From Eledone cirrhosa (taxonomy: Eukaryota): DNA of 64,000 nucleotides. Positions 61,966 through 64,000 of the stretch are shown here, piece after piece. The stretch spans positions 168,702,001 through 168,766,000 of the forward strand of contig OZ024740.1 of assembly GCA_964016885.1 (NCBI GenBank). The letters run 5' to 3'. Position 1 is the stretch's first letter. Each line of letters starts with the position of its first letter. The position numbers and the translations under genes are program-made. The notes beneath the pieces were generated by a model, which saw nothing but the letters and a program-made list of their open reading frames with translations, was not told where the DNA came from and ran no database searches.

Positions 61966-62868
61966 TACTAACTTAAACTACAAACTGATTATAAGGGTCG
62001 CCTTGCAAGTCAACATCAGCCACAATACCTAATTGACAGTTATTTGGTATGTGTGTTAAGTAATAGTAGTATACTTGCCTACATTAAATAAATTAAGATT
62101 GTGGCATTAATCATATCATAGCTAATACATATGTTAGCTAAGTAAACTCAGTTATTTTGTGCATGATTTGGTCTAATTTACAGTTAGTAATAATTAAAAA
62201 GTTTCAGAGGGACATTTCCATGCTGTATAAAATTTTAAGTACCACTGCTTTAAAATAACACAAGAATTCATTGACAAATCTACATGTTTATCAGTTTCAC
62301 CCCCGTCCAGACTTCTTAACTTGAATTTTTTTTCTAGTGATTTTATTATAGTATGTTTCAGTGGAGCTCTTTTTAATTCCCACCTTTGAAGAATCTTGGA
62401 AAAATTTCGGATTCAGAATATTTTCTACCCCTGTCTTCTCCTTATACATGACTATGCTGATAGAACCATCCTGTATTTTCTCTCAGTTTCCACACAGTTT
62501 CAGTACATCTATTCAGGATTGCACATGGTCCATTAATTGAAGACCATAGTGAAACATAGGCACTAGACATCTCAAGGAAACATTATCACTTTTATATCCT
62601 TCTGTTCAATAGTATGCAAGCTTAAATTCTCACATTTTAGCAACTAGATTTCACTGGAATCAACTTATATTACATTCATTGTCTGTTTTCCTGCCTCAAA
62701 AATGCCTATATCTTTTTAAAAACATCCAATTGGGTTTCAATTTTGAAAAGTATAAGATCAATAGCATATTATAATGTACATTTGGTCATGTATGTATATA
62801 CTAATTATATTAATATATACGTCATGTATGTATATATTATAATAATATATACAAACTTTTACTTGTAG

Positions 62869-63024
62869 CCAATGACACCGCAAGAGCAATGGCATTGGGT
62901 TCACATCAGCTATGGAGAAGAGCTTGGATTAACTTCTAGTGATGATGATTATGTTCCTCCCCCTGGTCTTGATTATTTGAGAGACCGACATATTACCAAA
63001 GAAGATGGCAGTATTGCTGGAAAG
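62869..63024 (+). CDS. GRAMD1B: GRAMD1/Aster-like exon E (PMTPQEQWHWVHISYGEELGLTSSDDDYVPP...)
   Basis: ttgtAG acceptor and GTAATA donor at 63025; 156 nt, phase 0-0; matches the post-GRAM WHxVHxxYGxELGLTSxDxDYVPP motif. Confidence 0.93.
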
Positions 63025-63509
63025 GTAATACAATATTATTTATATTTCTGTATTTAAATCTTTACAGCATATGCTTATTTATATTAAATTGGATTCTATT
63101 ATATTGCAAGATTCTATTATATTGCAATTTTTTTGCTAGATGTATATCAAACAAAGACATCATTAGTAGAGCTACATATCTTTTAGTATTGGGTAAATGT
63201 ATTGTAGTGTTTCATCATCATCATCATCTTATACTTTTCTGTGTTCTGTGTTAAAATCATCTTAGGGTTGACTTAGGTTTTCATCTTTTCAGTCTTGACA
63301 AAATACATACCAAACAAGTTGTGAGGGGGGTCATTTCAGTCAACTATATCACCCCACTTATAAATTTGTATCTTTGTGAAAATGTAAGAAATCATCATCA
63401 CTATTATTATTACTGGAGTGTTACTTGTCATATGGGTGGGTGGGTAACTTTGGGAGTATATGTTTGCCATTGTGGCTAACAGTAGGTAAATACATAAAAA
63501 TGTATAATT

Positions 63510-63940
63510 ATCATCATCATCATCATCATCAACGTTTTACGTCTGTTCTTCCACGCTAGCATGGGTTAGACGGGTTGTCCTGTTGTGGGCAGTGTCTGGT
63601 CGGCTGACCTTGTCTTGCTCATACGGGAACTGATTCTGGCTTGACTTCTACAGCTGGATGCCTTTCTTAACACCAACCTCATTTACAGTGAGTGCTGGGT
63701 GCTTTTTTTCCGTGGCACCTACATGTCCACTTTACAGTGTGGGCTGGGTGCTTTTTTGCCGTGGCACCTCCACGACCACTTTGCAGTGGAATGATAGGGA
63801 CTCCAGTCCTATCATCTCATTTGTACAGCTGAGTAAACTGGAGCAATGTGAAATAAAGTGTCTTGCTCGAGGAAACAACACATCACCCAGTCCGAGAATT
63901 GAACTCACAACCTTTCGATTGCAATCCATGCGCCTTCATA
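63510..63940 (-). mobile_element. SINE family B with a longer RTE-type tail
   Basis: Reverse complement of 26154-26530 in head and body; tail matches 22200-22388. Confidence 0.85.
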
Positions 63941-64000
63941 TAAATAAAAATAAATATATAATATATGGATAACTAAAATCTACTAGGCCTGAATTTCGTT

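Overview
AT-rich, repeat-dense animal genomic DNA; the repeat families look molluscan, probably octopus (inference). The whole window lies inside one + strand gene, a GRAMD1/Aster-type sterol-transport protein. Five coding exons (1078-1525, 29324-29408, 46359-46462, 55561-55737, 62869-63024) have GT-AG boundaries and join in frame into an N-terminal Ser-rich region plus a complete GRAM domain. The gene continues beyond both window ends. The 7-28 kb introns hold RTE, CR1-like, Tx1 and CRE-type LINE fragments, two tRNA-derived SINE families, MITEs, a Helitron end and microsatellites. The least expected signal is in intron 1: short non-coding modules next to (TA)n tracts that carry minimal type-I hammerhead ribozyme folds. 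Two have complete cores (8715-8773 on +, 13086-13128 on -) and several are decayed. Long palindromes occur in the same setting (521 bp at 19594-20114, 121 bp at 7265-7385). They resemble Penelope-like terminal repeats or retrozymes, but no Penelope ORF is visible. Inverted LINE pairs bracket the GRAM exons, whose three-exon block is 366 nt and phase 0-0. All calls were made by eye, without database searches.
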